Below the pieces are notes generated by a model. The model ran no database searches and was not told the DNA's origin. It saw only the letters and a program-made list of their open reading frames with translations. A DNA stretch of 64,000 nucleotides from contig NMRA01000229.1 in the NCBI GenBank assembly GCA_002633005.1, positions 481,505-545,504 of the forward strand, given 5' to 3'. Within the stretch, counting starts at the first letter, position 1, and every line of letters begins with the position of its first letter. A program made the position numbers and the translations under genes. The stretch is from Phoronis australis (taxonomy: Eukaryota; Animalia; Phoronida). Of the stretch, positions 63,770 to 64,000 are shown one piece after another.

Positions 63770-63870
63770 AACGAATGATTGATTGCATATCTCAACGTGC
63801 TTCCTTTTCAAGGAAGCTCATCCGTGCAGTCGGGCAGATATAAGCTCCTCCCCCTTTGGAGCGTGACTGG
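63770..63870 (-). promoter_or_regulatory. Candidate core promoter of paralogue B
   Basis: Minus strand GGGGGAGGAG (Sp/KLF-type box) immediately before a TTATAT element, ~330 bp upstream of the ATG. Confidence 0.25.
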
Positions 63871-64000
63871 TGACGATTTGCCAGATATCGTGAAGGCGAC
63901 GAGATAATGTACATTTAAAGTTACTCATGCGGCAGAATAGTAATGCTTAGACGTTGCAAAGGTATTATTTAAAGTAAACGCTGCAAATATAACTGAGTTC

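Overview
This is AT-rich eukaryotic (animal) genomic DNA, probably a heterozygous marine invertebrate; spiralian-like is my inference. It is a scaffold with one ~770-bp N gap and several single-N joins. The only clear host genes are two Sp6-9 (Sp8/Sp9-like) zinc-finger paralogues arranged tail-to-tail ~30.6 kb apart. Paralogue A is on + (main exon 26135-27097). Paralogue B is on - (short first coding exon 63514-63497 spliced to main exon 58705-57659). They share near-identical Btd box and zinc fingers, including a G->N change in ZF1, but appear to have lost N-terminal motifs in complementary fashion. The rest is non-coding and rich in transposons: Harbinger-type elements, a CA...TG MITE family with 5-bp TSDs, a Kolobok-like element, Penelope-like relics, THAP relics, LINE tails, tRNA-derived SINE heads and microsatellites. 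A ~5-6 kb apparent tandem duplication (8169-19179) joined at a single N probably represents two alleles and exposes filled versus empty insertion sites. Nearly all other ORFs in the track look spurious. All alignments and counts were done by eye.
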